In this document: in pieces, positions 62,962 through 64,000 of the stretch
How positions within the stretch are numbered: the first letter of the stretch is position 1
Layout: each line of letters starts with the position of its first letter
DNA from: a virus
Direction: 5' to 3' (one strand)
IMG/VR virus record: IMGVR_UViG_3300045988_118131
DNA length: 64,000 nt
Translations under genes and position numbers: made by a program
Notes under the pieces: generated by a model
Told to the model about the DNA's origin: nothing
The model's input: only the letters and a program-made list of their open reading frames with translations
The model's database searches: none

Positions 62962-63079
62962 GTTTTATGAAGTAGGTGGTAAGATACGTGATGAACTCCT
63001 AGGTCTTACTAATAAGAGCCAAACTAATGAAAATATTGTAAACTTATTAAATAATTTACTACTAAATGGAAAAATATAA
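62945..63079 (+). pseudogene. 44-aa ORF carrying only the N-terminal motif of a tRNA nucleotidyltransferase (CCA-adding enzyme)
   Basis: MIGDFKFYEVGGKIRDELLG resembles the (Y/F)xVGGxVRDxLLG head-domain signature; the ORF stops about 25 aa later. Confidence 0.3.
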
Positions 63080-63416
63080 AGTTCCAACTGATTATGAACT
63101 TGATGGGTTAGCAGAAGATTTTGTGTGCTCTACAAATGATGATGAACTCCCTATAAAAGAGGAGATCTTAACTGAAGAATGTTTAAGGGAATTCCTTAAA
63201 GACAGAGGTTATGCGTTTGTAAAAGAGCAAATGAGTGACTTTATAGGTTATATACTGCTTAGCTCTGATGCCGCTTATAAACAGATAAGGGATAATGCAA
63301 TTAGTGAGTTTAGAGAATCATTAAACCGAGCTATTTCAGATGCGAGTTGGGTGTTATGTGATGAGGACAAATTGAAGATTATGATTGAAGTAGCTAGTGA
63401 GTTTTGTTATACATAA
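63066..63416 (+). CDS. hypothetical protein (116 aa)
   Basis: ATG ORF from track. Confidence 0.6.
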   Translation: MEKYKVPTDYELDGLAEDFVCSTNDDELPIKEEILTEECLREFLKDRGYAFVKEQMSDFIGYILLSSDAAYKQIRDNAISEFRESLNRAISDASWVLCDEDKLKIMIEVASEFCYT

Positions 63417-63655
63417 TGGAGAACGACATTGATACTAACGAATATTATGCTTCTTATCATGTAAAAGGATGGTTTGATTGTTGCTGGGTAATTCCAAAAA
63501 TAAGGCTTCCGAAGCATATAGGCAGAGGGTATCTCAGTGGAATGATAGATAATAACGAAATTAAGGGCATAATAAAAGAAAGCAACTGGGCTAAATATAG
63601 CTCAGTAGATATTGACGATATAGAAATATTAAATGTATATAAAAGGAAAATATGA
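63416..63655 (+). CDS. hypothetical protein (79 aa)
   Basis: First ATG of track ORF 63404..63655. Confidence 0.5.
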   Translation: MENDIDTNEYYASYHVKGWFDCCWVIPKIRLPKHIGRGYLSGMIDNNEIKGIIKESNWAKYSSVDIDDIEILNVYKRKI

Positions 63656-64000
63656 AATTAGAAAATCTTGATGATAATATTAAAAAGTTATTTTTCTCTC
63701 TCATATATGAAACTCCAGCTGTTATAACGAACCATTGTAGTCTAATTTATAATGTAGGTGGAGAATTGGTTAAGATATGGTGGACAATAAAGAGAGAAAG
63801 TCATTTAAAATCCCAGTCATGTGACTTATATGGCAAACATCCTTTTAATAGAACAAAAGTGGTTCCTATGGGATGGCTTGGTAATACATGGAGTATTGAC
63901 AATAGCCCAGAATTGGATGGATATACATTCTATATAGATACCCCTATATGCCAATTCAGAGTTCCAGAACTATCAAGGCAAGAGTTAGTTGATATTCAGG
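63652..64000 (+). CDS. hypothetical protein, 3' end beyond window
   Basis: ATGA overlap; frame open to the window end. Confidence 0.5.
   Translation, partial: MKLENLDDNIKKLFFSLIYETPAVITNHCSLIYNVGGELVKIWWTIKRESHLKSQSCDLYGKHPFNRTKVVPMGWLGNTWSIDNSPELDGYTFYIDTPICQFRVPELSRQELVDIQ

Noticed and set aside
1-64000. Whole window translated in genetic code 4 (TGA=Trp everywhere)
   Set aside because: Many genes end at TGA in ATGA start/stop overlaps (7546-7549, 22933-22936, 27359-27362, 27556-27559, 30575-30578, 33346-33349, 63652-63655), and the products look complete. Only 48255..49175 requires TGA read-through.
1-64000. CRISPR arrays, integrase/att sites, transposases, rRNA genes, reverse transcriptase/DGR or retron components
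   Set aside because: No regularly spaced direct repeats were found. None of the ORF translations showed an integrase, recombinase, transposase or RT motif. The tRNA minihelix at 27017 has no adjacent integrase.

Overview
AT-rich, densely packed window. It reads as the early, replication and nucleotide-metabolism arm of a large virulent dsDNA phage. The host is probably Bacteroidota: repeated TTTG-N19-20-TAnnTTTG promoter motifs, a T9SS-type C-terminal sorting domain, and an OmpA-like gene. Nearly all genes are on the + strand. The exception is the leftmost 1.4 kb, which holds short minus-strand ORFs and decayed HNH endonuclease remnants. Recognisable functions: SF2 helicase, DnaB-like helicase, primase, Sak4/AAA_24-like ATPase (split by a LAGLIDADG endonuclease cassette), putative SSB, PD-(D/E)XK nucleases, class II (B12) ribonucleotide reductase, Dda/RecD-like helicase, dUTPase, ATP-dependent DNA ligase, Rnl2-like RNA ligase, RNase H, MazG, deoxyribonucleotidase, metallophosphoesterases, ADP-ribosylglycohydrolase, AAA+ ATPase, ferritin-like protein, SPFH protein, peptidoglycan glucosaminidase. 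Between about 8.9 and 19 kb (plus 27.0 and 29.5 kb) lies a dispersed array of about 20 tRNA genes. It also contains several structurally aberrant tRNA-like elements, a phage-encoded tmRNA, and GC-richer structured spacers. Main unusual signals: (1) a free-standing homing-endonuclease gene (48255..49175) with four in-frame TGA codons at Trp-expected positions, while neighbouring genes clearly terminate at TGA; (2) the tmRNA with a non-canonical tag; (3) tRNA-like genes lacking arms or with non-7-nt anticodon loops; (4) a hammerhead-like core in a 550-nt noncoding region, and unexplained structured RNAs next to tRNAs; (5) several repeat and regulatory motif families. All calls come from reading the sequence and ORF track by eye. 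No searches or folding programs were run.
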